From contig NC_043006.1 of assembly GCF_006345805.1 (NCBI RefSeq), positions 49,414,001 through 49,478,000 on the forward strand: DNA of 64,000 nt, in the 5' to 3' direction. The notes below the pieces were generated by a model. That model searched no databases. It saw only the letters and a list, made by a program, of their open reading frames with translations, and was not told where the DNA came from. How positions within the stretch are numbered: the first letter of the stretch is position 1; every line of letters starts with the position of its first letter. Of the stretch, positions 1 through 11,808 are shown one piece after another. The stretch comes from Octopus sinensis (Eukaryota). The position numbers and the translations under genes were made by a program.

Positions 1-69
1 TACCACAGTAAACAAAACCACTACATAAGCTGTACGTATTGCTTAACCCTCATGTCTACCCCTAGCAAT

Positions 70-479
70 TTACTTCTCTCTCTTTTTTTTTTTTTTTTTT
101 ACTTGTCTCAGTCATCTGACTGTGGCCATGCTGGAGCACCGCATTTAGTCGAGCAAATCGACCCCCAGGCCTTATTCTTTGTAAGCCTAGTACTTATTCT
201 ATTGGTCTCTTTTACCGAACTGCTAAGTTAAAGGGACGTAAACATACCAGCATCGGTTGCCAAGCGATGTTGGGGGGACAAACAGACACACACACACACA
301 CATATACATATATATGATGGGCTTCTTTCAGTTTCCGTCTACCAAATCCACTCACAAGGCTTTGGTTGGCCCAAGGCTATAGTAGAAGACACTTGCCCAA
401 GGTGCCATGCAGTGGGACTGAACCCGGAACCATGTGGTTCGTAAGCAAGCTACTAATCACACAGCCACTCCTACGCCTA
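70..479 (-). mobile_element. tRNA-derived SINE, family A (CORE-like, internal microsatellite)
   Basis: Minus strand reads GGAGTGGCTGTG(A box)...GGTTCAGTCCC(B box)...CCTTGGGCAAGTGTCTT(CORE-like)...(TA/TG)n...CCAGCATGGCC-hairpin-A-rich tail. Many copies in the window. Confidence 0.85.
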
Positions 480-1014
480 CAAACTATTTCTTTAATACAA
501 TTCTATATTTCTGAAATGAAGAATTTATATTATGTATTCTGTTTATATTAGTTAGAATGGTGTTCTCATCATGATTGTTGCTTTCTTTGCATTTCGGCTG
601 TTGTATGCTCCAGTTGCTTCAAGTGTCTTGTGTCAAACTCACTTGTATTGGAATATTGAACCTAATACTGTTCTCATTCCATTCTCTGTGTTTCATGACA
701 TTTTTTCAGTTCAGTTGATTTTTTTTATGTGAAGTCACTTTAGCGCCTTGCATGATATTGAACTCAGAACCTCTAGGTGACTATTTCTTTAGTCTTTTCC
801 ACTCCCTACAGTTCATTCTGTTGTACTGAATATTTCATATTTGTATAGCTTCTGCTTTGTATAGTAAAAAAAAAAAAACAAACATACACTTTACATTATT
901 CCATACTAAAATGGCTTATTTGTCTCTCACTAAAGAAAATGTTGTCATCCCGAAGACATAAAATCTCTATAAATTATCAAAACCACAAAACTACAGAGTT
1001 GAGAAACAACTTAC

Positions 1015-1161
1015 GGTTTTCCTTCATGCATTCCTCCAATGGCAAATGTGTTCCACAATGGGTCATATTTTGATCTGCGGTTGTACATGACTCTGGTCAA
1101 CCATGAAAACAAGCTTCGGGGATTGTAATTGAAGCCATCATCATAACAATTCTCATCATTT
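1015..1161 (-). CDS. PSMB4: Proteasome subunit beta type-4 (beta7), coding exon 3; remaining exons lie left of the window
   Basis: 147-nt exon between ttcttcAG and GTAAGT. Encodes NDENCYDDGFNYNPRSLFSWLTRVMYNRRSKYDPLWNTFAIGGMHEGK (beta7 motif SWLTRxMYxRRSKxxPLWN). Frame is continuous with exon 2. Confidence 0.96.
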
Positions 1162-1214
1162 CTGAAGAAAACAGTGTTAATAATAATAATAATGGTTTCA
1201 AATTTTGCCATAAA

Positions 1215-2285
1215 GGCAGCAATTTTTGGGAAGGGATGAGTCGATTACATCGACCCCAGTACTCAACTGGTATTTATTTTATTGACCCCCCAAAAGGATG
1301 AAAGGTAAAGATGACCTCAGTAGAATTTGAAATCAGAATGCAGTAATGAGCAAAATGCTGCTAAGTGTTTTGCCCAGTGTGCTAACGATTCTGCCAGCTT
1401 GCCACCTTAATAAAAATAATATTAATAATGATAATTAATTATTATTATTTCCACTCTAGGCACAAGGCTTTGAAAATTTTTTGGGGAAAAGGGCTAGTCC
1501 ATTACATCGACCCTGAAAGAACGATAGGCAAAGTTGACCGTAGCAGAATTTGAACTCAGAACATAGCAACAAACAAAATACTGCTAAGCATTTCACCTGG
1601 CGTGCCAGCTTGCCACCCTAATAATAATAATCCTTTCTCTTAAAGGCACAAGGCCAGAAATTTTTTTACTCAACTGGTACTTATTTTATCAACCTCAAAA
1701 GAAAGGCAATGATGACCTTGGTGGAATTTGAACTCAGAACATAAAGGACAAAATGGTGCTAAGCATGTCACTCAATATGCTAACGATTCTGCCAGCTTGT
1801 TTTGGTGAGGGTAAGTCGACCTCAGCGGAATTTGAACTCAGAACTTAAAGCTGGACAAAATGTCACTAAGCATTTTGCTTGGCATGCTAATGATTCTACA
1901 GCTTGCTGGCCTTTTTAATCATCACCATTTAACATTCATTGTCCATGCTGGCATGGGTTGGGCAGTTTAACTGGGCTGGCTCGCTGGAAGGCTGCACCAG
2001 ACTCATCTGATTTGGCATGGTTTTCTACAGCTGGATGCCCTTCCTAATGACAACCACTCTGAGAGTGTAATGGGTACTTTTACATACCACTGGCATGGGT
2101 GCCATTTGCACAACACCAGGTAATAATAATAATCGTTTCTACAATAGGCATAAGGCCTGAATTTTTATGGGGAGGAGGCTTGTTGATTACACTGACGCTA
2201 GTGCTCAATTGCTACTTACTTCATCAACTCTGAAGGATGAAAGGCAAAAATCAACTTAGTAGAATCTGAATTCAAACTGTGCAGG
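1215..2285 (-). mobile_element. Stack of five SINE family B fragments (1215-1410, 1450-1620, 1635-1800, 1810-1910, 2135-2285) in PSMB4 intron 2
   Basis: Repeated aaaggatgaaaggcaaagt..gacctc..agaatttgaactcagaac..gctaagcatttt..gctaacgattctgccagc blocks, separated by (TAA)n. The core resembles the Meta-domain/Sauria-SINE core (gcctttcatcct..gtcgataaa..agtaccag). Confidence 0.8.
1915..2120 (-). mobile_element. SINE/RTE-tail-type repeat (further copies at ~3265-3625 and ~4465-4845)
   Basis: Shared catcatcatttaac..tccatgctagcatggg..gatttggcatgg..acagctggatgcccttcctaac..aaccactctgagagtgtaatgggt; (TGA)n tail on the minus strand. Confidence 0.7.
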
Positions 2286-2494
2286 ATGCTAATATAGCAA
2301 TCAGACACTTGCCCAAAGTGTCACATAGTGGGATTGAACACTGAATCATGTGGTTGGGAAGGAAATTTCTTACCACAAAGCAAAGCTTGTGCCTATATTG
2401 GATTTATAGAAGTTAAGAAATAAATTTGTACACAAAATTCATATAAATATAAAGGGAATTTTTCTTTTCTTTTGTCTACAAGCAAGTTACTTAC

Positions 2495-2701
2495 ACACGT
2501 TGTTCTATTATAGTTTTCAGATACTGAAAATCAGCCAAATCTCCACCAGCAGCGAGCACTGTAGATTCATTGACTTTCATAACTCGAGAACAGTTCTTGA
2601 AGCGAGCCGAGCTACCATAGGAGCCAAGAGTATCAGCGGCAAGTATGATACCATCTTTAACAGCAACACCCAAAACAGATGTTCCAGTGACAATTGGAGA
2701 C
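2495..2701 (-). CDS. PSMB4: Proteasome subunit beta type-4 (beta7), coding exon 2
   Basis: 207-nt exon between a ttttcAG acceptor and a GTAAGT donor. Encodes [68 protein letters not shown], the diagnostic beta7 N-terminus (VTGTSVLG, AADxLGSYGS, GDxADFQYL). Confidence 0.97.
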
Positions 2702-2931
2702 CTGAAAATAAAATAGTTTAACATTAAAGAAATTCATTAGAATAATGTACAACTGTGTGCATGTCTAAGGGCATTAGAACTGAGACAGGCAGATATTTCA
2801 AATTTGCTACATTGACAAATCTTGTTTTGCTTATGAAACATAAAGGCAACCAGTTTGCATTCAAAGAGTTTCACACTTTATCAATTCAGGCATGTCCCAG
2901 GGTCTGGTTTTATCACCCCTACTTCCTTCAT

Positions 2932-3262
2932 CATTACTCTTTTACTGGAGCACCGCCTTTAGTCGAGCAAATCAACCCCAGGACTTATTCTTTGTAAGCC
3001 TAGTACTTATTCCATCGGTCTCTTTTGCCGAACCGCTAAGTTATGGGGACGTAAACACACGCGATGTTGGGGGGGACAAACACACACACATGTATATATA
3101 CGATGGGTGTCTTTCAGTTTCCGTCTACCAAATCCACTCACAAGGCTTTGGTTGACCAAGGCTATAGTAGAAGACACTTGCCCAAGGGCCACACAGTGGG
3201 ACTGAACCTGGTACCATGTGGTTGGTAAGCAAGCTACTTACCACACAGCCACTCCTGTGCCT
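2932..3262 (-). mobile_element. SINE family A copy
   Basis: Same head, CORE-like block and body as 70-479, with a small deletion near the tail. Confidence 0.85.
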
Positions 3263-5264
3263 TCCATTTTCATCCATTTTCCATGCTAACATGGGATGGA
3301 TGGTTTGACAGGGGCTGGTTAGACAGAAGACTGCATCTGACTTCACTGTCTACTTTAGCATTGTTTTTACAGCTGGATGTCCTTCCTAACATCAACCACC
3401 TCAGACAGTGGACTGAATGCATTTTATGTAGCACCAGCATCAGCAAGGCCTGTTTTGGCATGGGTTTTACAGCTGGACACTCTTCTAAACACCAATCACT
3501 TTACAGAGTGGGCTAGATGAACCAGCACTGGGAGGGTCACCAAGTAACTTGCAAAACAAAGACCCTTCGAGACGGAGAGAGGCGAGATTGAAGGAGGTGA
3601 CCTTGTGCTAAGTGATGAGAGGTTGGAACGTAACATATAAATATAAATAACCTTCTTGTCATCATATCCAACAATATGCACTCTTATGTAGATGATACAG
3701 CTTTTCATTCTATCCTAACCATTCTTAACCACATATCCCCATGCAATCCAGGTGCAACATGTCAAATTAGTACTGATTTTGAGAAGAGGACTTGAAAGTA
3801 CCTGCCAGTAGACCATACCAATCTTGTCTCTTCCAACAGCAAAAATTCACAAGCACCTCACTTCTTAAGCATGAGCAGCACTTAACTAGAGCCCTCATAG
3901 CCAATTCAAATGTTAGGCTTCACTATCACCAAGAGCCAAGTGAAAACACATCCTTAATATAGCTAGAACTACATCTCAAAAATTGGTCCTTCTCTCCAGA
4001 GTCAGACAGAAAATACTTCAGCTCCAGACAATTGCTGACACTGCAAAGGATAGGAAACATTTTGGCACAGCTTATTTGGCATTGCTGATTTACCACTGAC
4101 TTATTTGACATTTCTTGTTTGAGCCCTCTCTCTGTTGATGTGTCAGCATATTTTTCTTTATGTGTATGAGGAGAGGGAAAATGTTGTTATGTTCAATTAA
4201 TAAATTGCAACGTCTCTCTCTCTCTCTCTGTTTATGTGTGTGAGCATTTAATTACATTTGTTTGTGTAACACCACTCTGTCTGTATTTTTTTTATTTGTT
4301 TCAGCCATACTGGAGCACCACCTTGAAGTATTTAAAGAGTCAATTTATGAGCTGATGAAATCCAAATACAAGATTGAAACAGCTTGACTAACCCCTATTT
4401 TGCTGTTCACGAAGATATATATAAGGATACAGTACAGTTTAGCATTGAAACAAAGCCCTGATAACATCACCATCATTTAGTGTCCATTGTCTATGCTAGC
4501 ATCGGTTGGACTGTTGGACCAGGGCTGGCACTGGAAGGCAGCACCAGACCCCAGTCTGATTTGGCATGATTTGTACGGCAGGATGCCTTTCCTAACACCA
4601 ACCACTCTGAGAGTGTAATGGGCGCTTTTATGTGCCACCAGCACGGGTACCATTATCTGTCACAGCTGCAATTTTACTTGGCTTGATGGGTCTTATCAAG
4701 TATGACATAATGCCAAAGGTCTCAGTCATTGCCTCTGGGAGGCCCAACACTTGAAAAGAGCTTTCCAGGTGCCACTGGCATTGGCCACTTTGCCTCCATG
4801 TGGCCCAATGCTAGAAAGGTGCTTTTTACATGCAACCTGCACGTAAAAACAACTCAAGTAATTTATAAATGAGATGTTTAATTATGTTAACAGTAACTTA
4901 ACCGAAATAGCAAAATGTACTTGGTCATTTGAAAGTCTGGTCATGAATACACTGACCACTTTGTATTGTATCCATTTTGCTGTCCAATTTACAAAGATAT
5001 ACCACTCAAAAAAAAAAAAAAAAAAAAGAGAGCCTGAAACAGATTCTACACTTCTTACAGTAACTGAACTTAATGAACCTCTCCTCCTATTAAGTGCTGC
5101 AGATGTTGTCAATTTTTAGTTTGCTTGAATTGTGTATAATTTCGCTCTAAATTCATTTGAATAAGCACTTTTGTGTTTAAGAACATATTTTTTTCTTTTT
5201 ACCTAGCCCCTCAATGTTTTATGTTTTTAGCACATTTTAAAAAGATCTGGCATAATTACACGAG

Positions 5265-5870
5265 TGTGCCCCTCATAACTTTCCAGAAAAATGGGTATAT
5301 TTTAATAAAATTTTCTACAAATATACTACAGATGATGTAGATTCCAGTTATAACGAATTTGTTTTGAGAAAGGTTTTTCGAGGGTGGGGAGAGAGGTTTC
5401 CTCAAAACGGATATTTCTAATGAAATTTTCTGTAAAATACCTTTTATATTATGCTTATTACAATTATATCGGAATTTAATACGAAAAAAAAAAAATTGGT
5501 AGACTTGCACACATATATGCATTCTGACACATGGAAAATGAAACTTGAAAAATTGTGATGTGTGTTGGTATGTATGTGTGCGAGCTCACCATTTTTTTTA
5601 TTATTCATATTAAATTCCGATATACCATCTGAAAAATATTTGTAGAAAATTTCATATTAAAAGTACCCAGTTTTCTAAAAGGTATGAGGAAACAAAGTCA
5701 ACTTTTGTGGATTTTCAGGAATTCCGATCCTCACCCTCGGAAAAAATTTTTTTCACAAATTCTGATATTATAATAATCTGCACCACCTGAAGGATATTTG
5801 TAAAAAAATTGCATTAAAAAAATATTCATTTTTCTGGAAGTTACGAGGAAACAAAGTGAAGGGGGGGGGG
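5265..5870. mobile_element. Fold-back/MITE-like element with long imperfect inverted arms, in PSMB4 intron 1
   Basis: The reverse complement of 5270-5450 aligns to 5640-5860 (..ccctcg(g)aaaaa..atatttgta.aaaa..cattttctggaagtta.gagg). Confidence 0.55.
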
Positions 5871-6492
5871 CATACTTGTGTAGGAATGTCAATGGTCTTG
5901 CATTAGAACTGTTAAAAATAGCAGCCAAATATTACTGGAGCCTTTCTTGTTTCAAAAAAGGACACATAAGATAATGTGATCCTAGATACACTATCGGAAT
6001 AAATACAGGATGGTCAGTACTGGAACGTCTTTGATCATAAGTTTGCTCAATTACCGAAACTAAATTCATCCATATAAAAAAGAAGAAACCAAAAAAAAAA
6101 AAACTCGTTAAGAAATATTATCCGAATAGTTTACAGTGTACCTATATTTGATAGTAACAATGTACGTTGAGAATTCAATTTAAGAAAGATATGCTTTAAT
6201 CACTTTCGGAAGCTGATATCTACACATCACAAGCGCTCTTGTGAGTAACTGAAAGCCATAGAATGATTTTTAATAATAATAATAATAATTAGGTGCCTAT
6301 TTTTGTAGATTACATAGATATGTTGTATACAATGAATATAAACAACGGAAGTAACCCGAACAAATTAACAAATATACGAAGAAAATCGTTATACAGACAT
6401 ACAATGGAATAGTGCTGTGTCACTGACACCGCTTTGAACATACATCAGGAATAATAAGACGGCAGGTAGCAAAGCTAGTAGAAAATACTTAC

Positions 6493-6626
6493 AGGGTTTG
6501 TTTAACTGGATTCATCTCTTCAGCGTATGAGGCAGCGTAAGGAGAACGTTGCATCTGCCCGGGACAAAGACCATTTCCCCAAATATCCAGCTTACCGTTA
6601 GGAACATTAAAACTGGACAGCGCCAT
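6493..6626 (-). CDS. PSMB4: Proteasome subunit beta type-4 (beta7), coding exon 1 (propeptide)
   Basis: ATG at 6626 gives MALSSFNVPNGKLDIWGNGLCPGQMQRSPYAASYAEEMNPVKQT+CT, then a GTAAGT donor. LDIWGNGLCPGQ resembles the PSMB4 propeptide (human LWAGGPAPGQ). The phase-2 junction gives ..KQTL|SPIVTGTS. An in-frame upstream ATG at 6725 makes the start uncertain. Confidence 0.85.
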
Positions 6627-7440
6627 ATTCTTTTTAGAAGTTAGCTTTATGCCGCTTACGATGTTGAAAAACACTGAAGAGTTATACTCATTAGTATGAA
6701 TACCACTAGTCAAGTCAAATGACATTTAAAGTTGTATGAATAGTTTTTAGGATATTATTTGAAATTTATTTACTAATTGCTACTGATCAATATTTTAAAA
6801 TACCAGTAATATTAGTTAACTGAAGTCAGTTAAGTTTGGGAGACACACGAGCCGCTTAAGATATCATTAAATATGATAAACTGTAAGATATTGTACTACT
6901 TCCTGTATGTACTTGTTAAATGCACTATTATAATGCTTTCGTTATTGAATACTTTCGTTTCGCCATCTCCTCAAAAAATTCAAAATGCTTTTAGGCCTTA
7001 ATGATTTATTATGATAAGTATTGCAGTTAAGGTTCACTGCATGCACCACAGAATAAAAGCATTTTCTGTCTGTGATTCAATACATGTTGACTAAAGCGAA
7101 AATATTTAACAATGAAAATATTATGTATGTAATTTAGTTTATCTTAAAAATAATTTTATCACTTTCAAAAATAATTTTCTTTTTTATATTAAAAATAATT
7201 TCCCTCTGTTTTTCGCAACACTAACAGGACCTAACTACTGACACAGCTAAAGAAGGCAATTAACTGTATCTCAAAACTTTCAAGTTTTTATTGAATTGTT
7301 CAGTTATCAGTGCGATCACAATAAATATTTGGGGACAAATCATTGTATCTGAATTACAAATTCCCTGCAGTCTCTTCGGTCTCTACAGAGATGACGCTCT
7401 GGTCATCTCTAGAGGGGCCAACGGGCACACACTTGATAGG

Positions 7441-8110
7441 TGTAACGAAGTGGTTATGAGAATGTAACGGTTGTTGTCTATGTTGAAAGCAAAGCTGATA
7501 ATGTTGACTCTATGAAAGAAAGAAGTTGTAGGTAACATATTTATTTCTCCATTACATATAATTAAAGCCAAACCACGACGGGCAGGTGTGTATAAAAACA
7601 GTGGGAAAGCATACGAGGTAACGAGAGTTATATTTTCTTGTAAAAGGGTAGACAGCCTTAGACTTACTCATTCCCTGTCGTTCTAACAGTCGTAACTAAA
7701 TAGATCAAGTAATGTTGTCGGAAGTGAGCGAGTGAGAAAGTAAGAGAGTGGTGGACGGGACAACTGTATCGTTGGTGAATTCCATAGCTGTCCCTGTATG
7801 AAGTTCTGTCGAGACGGTATTTCCAATCAGACAGCCTGCTCTTTGTCGGTTGCTCTCACTAACTCATTTTTTCCTTGGAGAATTCTGGTATTTATAACTA
7901 TGCAGACTAGCTATAAAGATGGATATACCATTCTGATAATGGTTAAATTAATGTAGGTTACTTATCTATTTCATGGCATTGAAAAGGTTAAGAGACAAGT
8001 GGAAAACACATATATCAGCGTTTATCCTTGACAGAACAATAGGTCGTATGGCTAGGGAGAATTTACAGATTCAGTTTCGAATCTCAGGTAGGGACAAGCG
8101 AGGTCCCACA
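7441..8110. mobile_element. Solo LTR (670 bp) inserted in the Penelope RT
   Basis: TGT...ACA termini and a 4-bp TSD TAGG (7437-7440 / 8111-8114). Removing it restores the frame LYRDD...HTLDR|PRKNLISALGSMGLK. Confidence 0.88.
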
Positions 8111-9742
8111 TAGGCCTAGAAAGAACCTGATTAGTGCCCTAGGCTCAATGGGCTTGAAAATTACTATCAAGACGAACCTCACTATCGTAGACTTCCTAGA
8201 TGTCACCCTACACTTGGGCTCCGGTACACACAGGCCTTATCGCAAGCCAAACGAGAGGCTGTCCTACATCAACACAGCCTCTGTCACCTTCACTATCATG
8301 TTCAAGAATCTAGTGAAAAGTGTCAGCAAGATGATCTCGAATGTATCCTCAAGTCAAAAGATTCTCGCTGCCGCCGCCCCCTACTACAAAGAGGTACTGG
8401 CATCCTGTGGGTTTAAAGATTGCATCTCCTACATGTTAGGCCCTAACGCCCATAAAAGGAAACGCCGGTCGTTTGGTTTGCTTTACCCTCCTCACTCAGC
8501 GTCAAGATTTGTGTGGGACGAATATTCCTCAGGCTAGTAGACAAACATATCACGCAGACACACAGATACGGACGTTTGTTCAGTAGACATAACCTAAGGG
8601 TCTCCTTTAGTTGTGCACCCAACATGAAAAGTATATTGAATAACACTCATAAAAAACGGGAGGAAGCCCGTTGCTCTTGCAGGGTGTACAACGACTGTCC
8701 AGTGGGAGGTGCATTCGAAGCCGAAGGAGTCATCTACGAGACTGTGGTGACACCCAGACCTAGCGGCAATAGTAATAGCATCCAACAACGTCGACGGTAT
8801 CAGCAACAACAACAGCAGCAGAGACACTATCACTAACGCCAATGACCCCAGCAGCAGTACTACGACAGAAAAGGATGGTTGCGAAGCAAGGGTCTCACCA
8901 CACAGCCACTCATTTAGCTACCGACCATACACCAAATATTACTATTTAGCTACCGGCCCCACATCCAATATTATGAACGACGGCACCTACGTCACCATCG
9001 ACGGTAGTAGCGCCAACACCACGGCTGCGGATGACTACCACAACGATAACAGCCGTAGCGATATCGCCGGACTCACGCCTCGTAGTGATAACAGCACTGA
9101 TGGCAGCTCCAGCAACACCGGTGACAACAACAGCATCTCCAGGCCCGGAGTCAACCGAAGAAGCGCCAGTAATATGAGCACAACAAACACCCAAGTCTGG
9201 AAATATATCGGGTCAGCCGGAACTACCTTCAAGCGACACTCGTACAACCACTGGTACTCTTTCAGGATTCCGGAAAGACGATTTGTCACATCCCTGGCCA
9301 GTCACATGTAGGGCCTCAAAGATGAAGGGGCCCTATACGATATCAAGTGGAGGATCTTAGAGCGGTTGGGAACCGATATTAACGGAAGCGAACGCTGCAA
9401 GTCCGAGCGAGCAAGGATAGTCAAAGGCTCCCTGAAACCTGCATCACTGAACACTTGCCCGGAAATTTACAGGTGTCACACCCATTTCAAACGCTACCTG
9501 CTGCATGCATGAGATTCTTCGTTCTCCGATTAGATTCAGAAGGGTCCTTGCGGACCAAAAATAGCCCATGGTAGTGGTGGTGGGGAAACCCCTCTTTTGA
9601 CTCACAAGAACTGATCTAAGGCAGATAACCCGTCCTCACTGCTCCCCCACACCCGAACTATTTATACTTTGCTGACTTGTTGACCAGATGACAATAACAG
9701 ATTCCTGTCTCCTTGAGGTGAAGAGTTAGATTGGTCTTCAGC

Positions 9743-9813
9743 TTTAAAGTATGACGAGACGTTCACGGGGCTAAGCCCTTTGTGGATGCGAAATCACTGG
9801 TCACCCTTTGAAA
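9743..9813 (+). ncRNA. Degenerate type I hammerhead-like motif at the Penelope 3' end
   Basis: ATGACGA (9751-9757, C3>A), long stem II cgttcac/gtggatg enclosing gggc-taa-gccc, CGAAA (9789-9793), GTC (9800-9802), bulged stem I. Confidence 0.5.
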
Positions 9814-9849
9814 GGACATAGACTTAACTTACTTTTTATATATATATTA

Positions 9850-10355
9850 CTAGCAGTATCGCCCGGCATTGCTCGGGTTTGTAAGGGAAATAACTATATA
9901 AGCATTTTTAGAGAGTTACTTCCCTTATAAATTCGGGCTTTCTTAGCCATTTTTGTTTTGGTGTCTTCAAGCCATGAAGTCGTTGTTCTAAAAGAACGCT
10001 GGTTTCCTTCACAACGCATTACGACGTTGATTTCTTTACACTCCCTTCCCCACAGCTTCACGAGGGAGGGAAGGGGGAGAAGCAAACAGGTGCAGCTGTG
10101 AGCGTGGACGCCAACTCCGCCGCCATCGACATACGATGCATTTTATGCATTAAAATGGAATAAAAAATTATGTTAAATTATTTTTAAAATCGTAGACTCA
10201 TCGTTGACGCGCGCTAATAGTCAGACGGGCTCGATATGAATCACGACTACAAGATACCCGAATTTGGTTAAACTGCACCGCAAAATGTGGGAGGAGTTAG
10301 GAATCTAAATCGAAGGGGACAGACACTCACACAACTAGAGTTTTATATATATAGA
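9850..10355 (-). mobile_element. Non-autonomous Helitron (Lep1-like), body type A
   Basis: Minus strand: A|TC 5' end, subterminal hairpin CCCGAGCAATGCCGGG, CTAG|T 3' end. Confidence 0.85.
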
Positions 10356-10357
10356 TA

Positions 10358-11242
10358 TCTCTATTTATAAAACTGAAATGCGAAAAGTTTGTTTGTTTGT
10401 TTGACTCGACCGCTTGGCCCGCTTTCAACGCCACTACATCCCGTCGGATTGACTCCAAAATTTACAGGGACATGTAAAATGAGGTGACGATGCCCGTGGG
10501 CTACGTTAGAAATCCCTATCTTGAAAGGTGTCGTTGCTAGGGCCAAAAACCCACTTTGACAAGTCCACTCTCAGTCTTTTATGTATCTGTCTTCCTCACT
10601 CACTCACTCTATTTCCTCCCTTCCCATCACATTCTATATATAACGTCGATTCGTCAAACGGCGTTCTACAGCGCTTTCACATACACTCTCTCTCTCTACA
10701 CGTCTGTCTGCATTCATACAGACAATTATCATCGCCACCACCACACAGGTTTGGGTGGCCGCACAGCTACAGTTAGACAACGGTTTATAACATTCGATGT
10801 TGATAATGCCTGGATTGTTCCATTCAACCCTTTGCTTTCCAAAACATTTAATGCACACATTAATGTTGAGTACTGCAGTTCGGTGAGATGCATACAATAC
10901 CTCTGCAAGTACATTAATAAGGGCGATGATATGGCCGTGTTTGTGTTCAGTGATGAAGACCTTAGACATGACGAAATTAAACAATTCGTTTTGGGTAGGT
11001 ATGTATCCTCCAATTATGCAGCGTGGCGCATTTTTCGATACGAGATTCATCTAAGCTCACCATCAGTTTTCCACCTGAATGTTCATTTACAGAAGAGATA
11101 GCTGGTTTACTTCACAGAGAAAAATGCCCGTCAAGTCATTGAAAATCCAAAAGGGACTACGCTTACAGCGTTTTTTAAATTGTGTTCAGTTGATGAGTTT
11201 GCTGCTACTCTCATTTACCCTGAAGTACCGGAATATTACTCA
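10358..11242 (+). mobile_element. Helitron 5' end plus decayed Rep/Helicase fragment
   Basis: TCTCTATTTATAAAA-(GTTT)n 5' end; VDNAWIVPFNPLLSKTFNAHINVEYCSSVRCIQYLCKYINKGDD..DEIKQFVLGRYVSS..AAWRIF..HLNVHL..VYFTE..TTLTAFFKLC..EVPEYY, a typical Helitron RepHel segment, with a stop at 11099-11101. Confidence 0.9.
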
Positions 11243-11637
11243 CTAGCAGTATCGCCCGGCGTTGCTCGGGTTTGTAAGGGAAATAATTATATAAGCATTT
11301 TTAGAGATGTAAAGTATAATAGCCATCTCAATATGGCTAACCACAAAGGGAGAGGGGTGTTACTGTAGGTTTTTACGTTCTGAGACTTAATAATAAAATT
11401 TAGAGAGTTACTTCCCTTATATATGTCAAAAATGGATTAAAAATGGGAAAAATTGATGGTAAATTTTTTTAAAAATCGTAGACTCATCGTAGACGCGCGC
11501 TAATACCCAGACGGTCTCGATATGAATCACGACTATAAGATACCCGCTTTTGGTTAAACTGCACCGCAAAATGTGGGAGTAGTTAGGAATCTAAATCGTA
11601 GGAGACAGACACACAACCTCACTTTTATATATAAAGA
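11243..11637 (-). mobile_element. Non-autonomous Helitron, body type A, truncating the RepHel remnant
   Basis: Same 3' CTAG/hairpin end and ~170-bp 5' block as 9850-10355; inserted at an A|T site. Confidence 0.85.
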
Positions 11638-11700
11638 TTTCCTCTATTTACATAATATTGAGGTCTCTTTCTTTCTTTTGTTATCTTACTGTTTTTACCA

Positions 11701-11738
<38 letters not shown>

Positions 11739-11808
11739 TATATAGTTACAGAGATGTACTTGCATAGCAAGTGACTTGATCTGAGATCGTGTGCTGGAAC
11801 GAAAACAG

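Larger units (their letters stand above)
7369..9815 (+). mobile_element. 5'-truncated, decayed Penelope-like element (RT C-terminus + GIY-YIG endonuclease + 3' pLTR region)
   Basis: GLYRDDALV at 7378-7407; DFLDVTL..RPYRKPN; KRKRR..PP..FLRLVDKH..RVSFSCAPN; CSC..DCP..VIY; KYIGSAGTTFKRHSYNHWYSF..LASHM; ends ..HFKRYLLHA. Several frameshifts and one stop. Confidence 0.9.

Noticed and set aside
7239-7247. ARE-like TGACACAGC, plus ETS-like ACTTCCTG (~6898) and YY1-like CGCCATCT (~6961), upstream of PSMB4
   Set aside because: Short motifs expected by chance; no TSS or conservation evidence is available.
10634-11050. 138-aa and 94-aa minus-strand ORFs
   Set aside because: Antisense shadows of the Helitron RepHel fragment.
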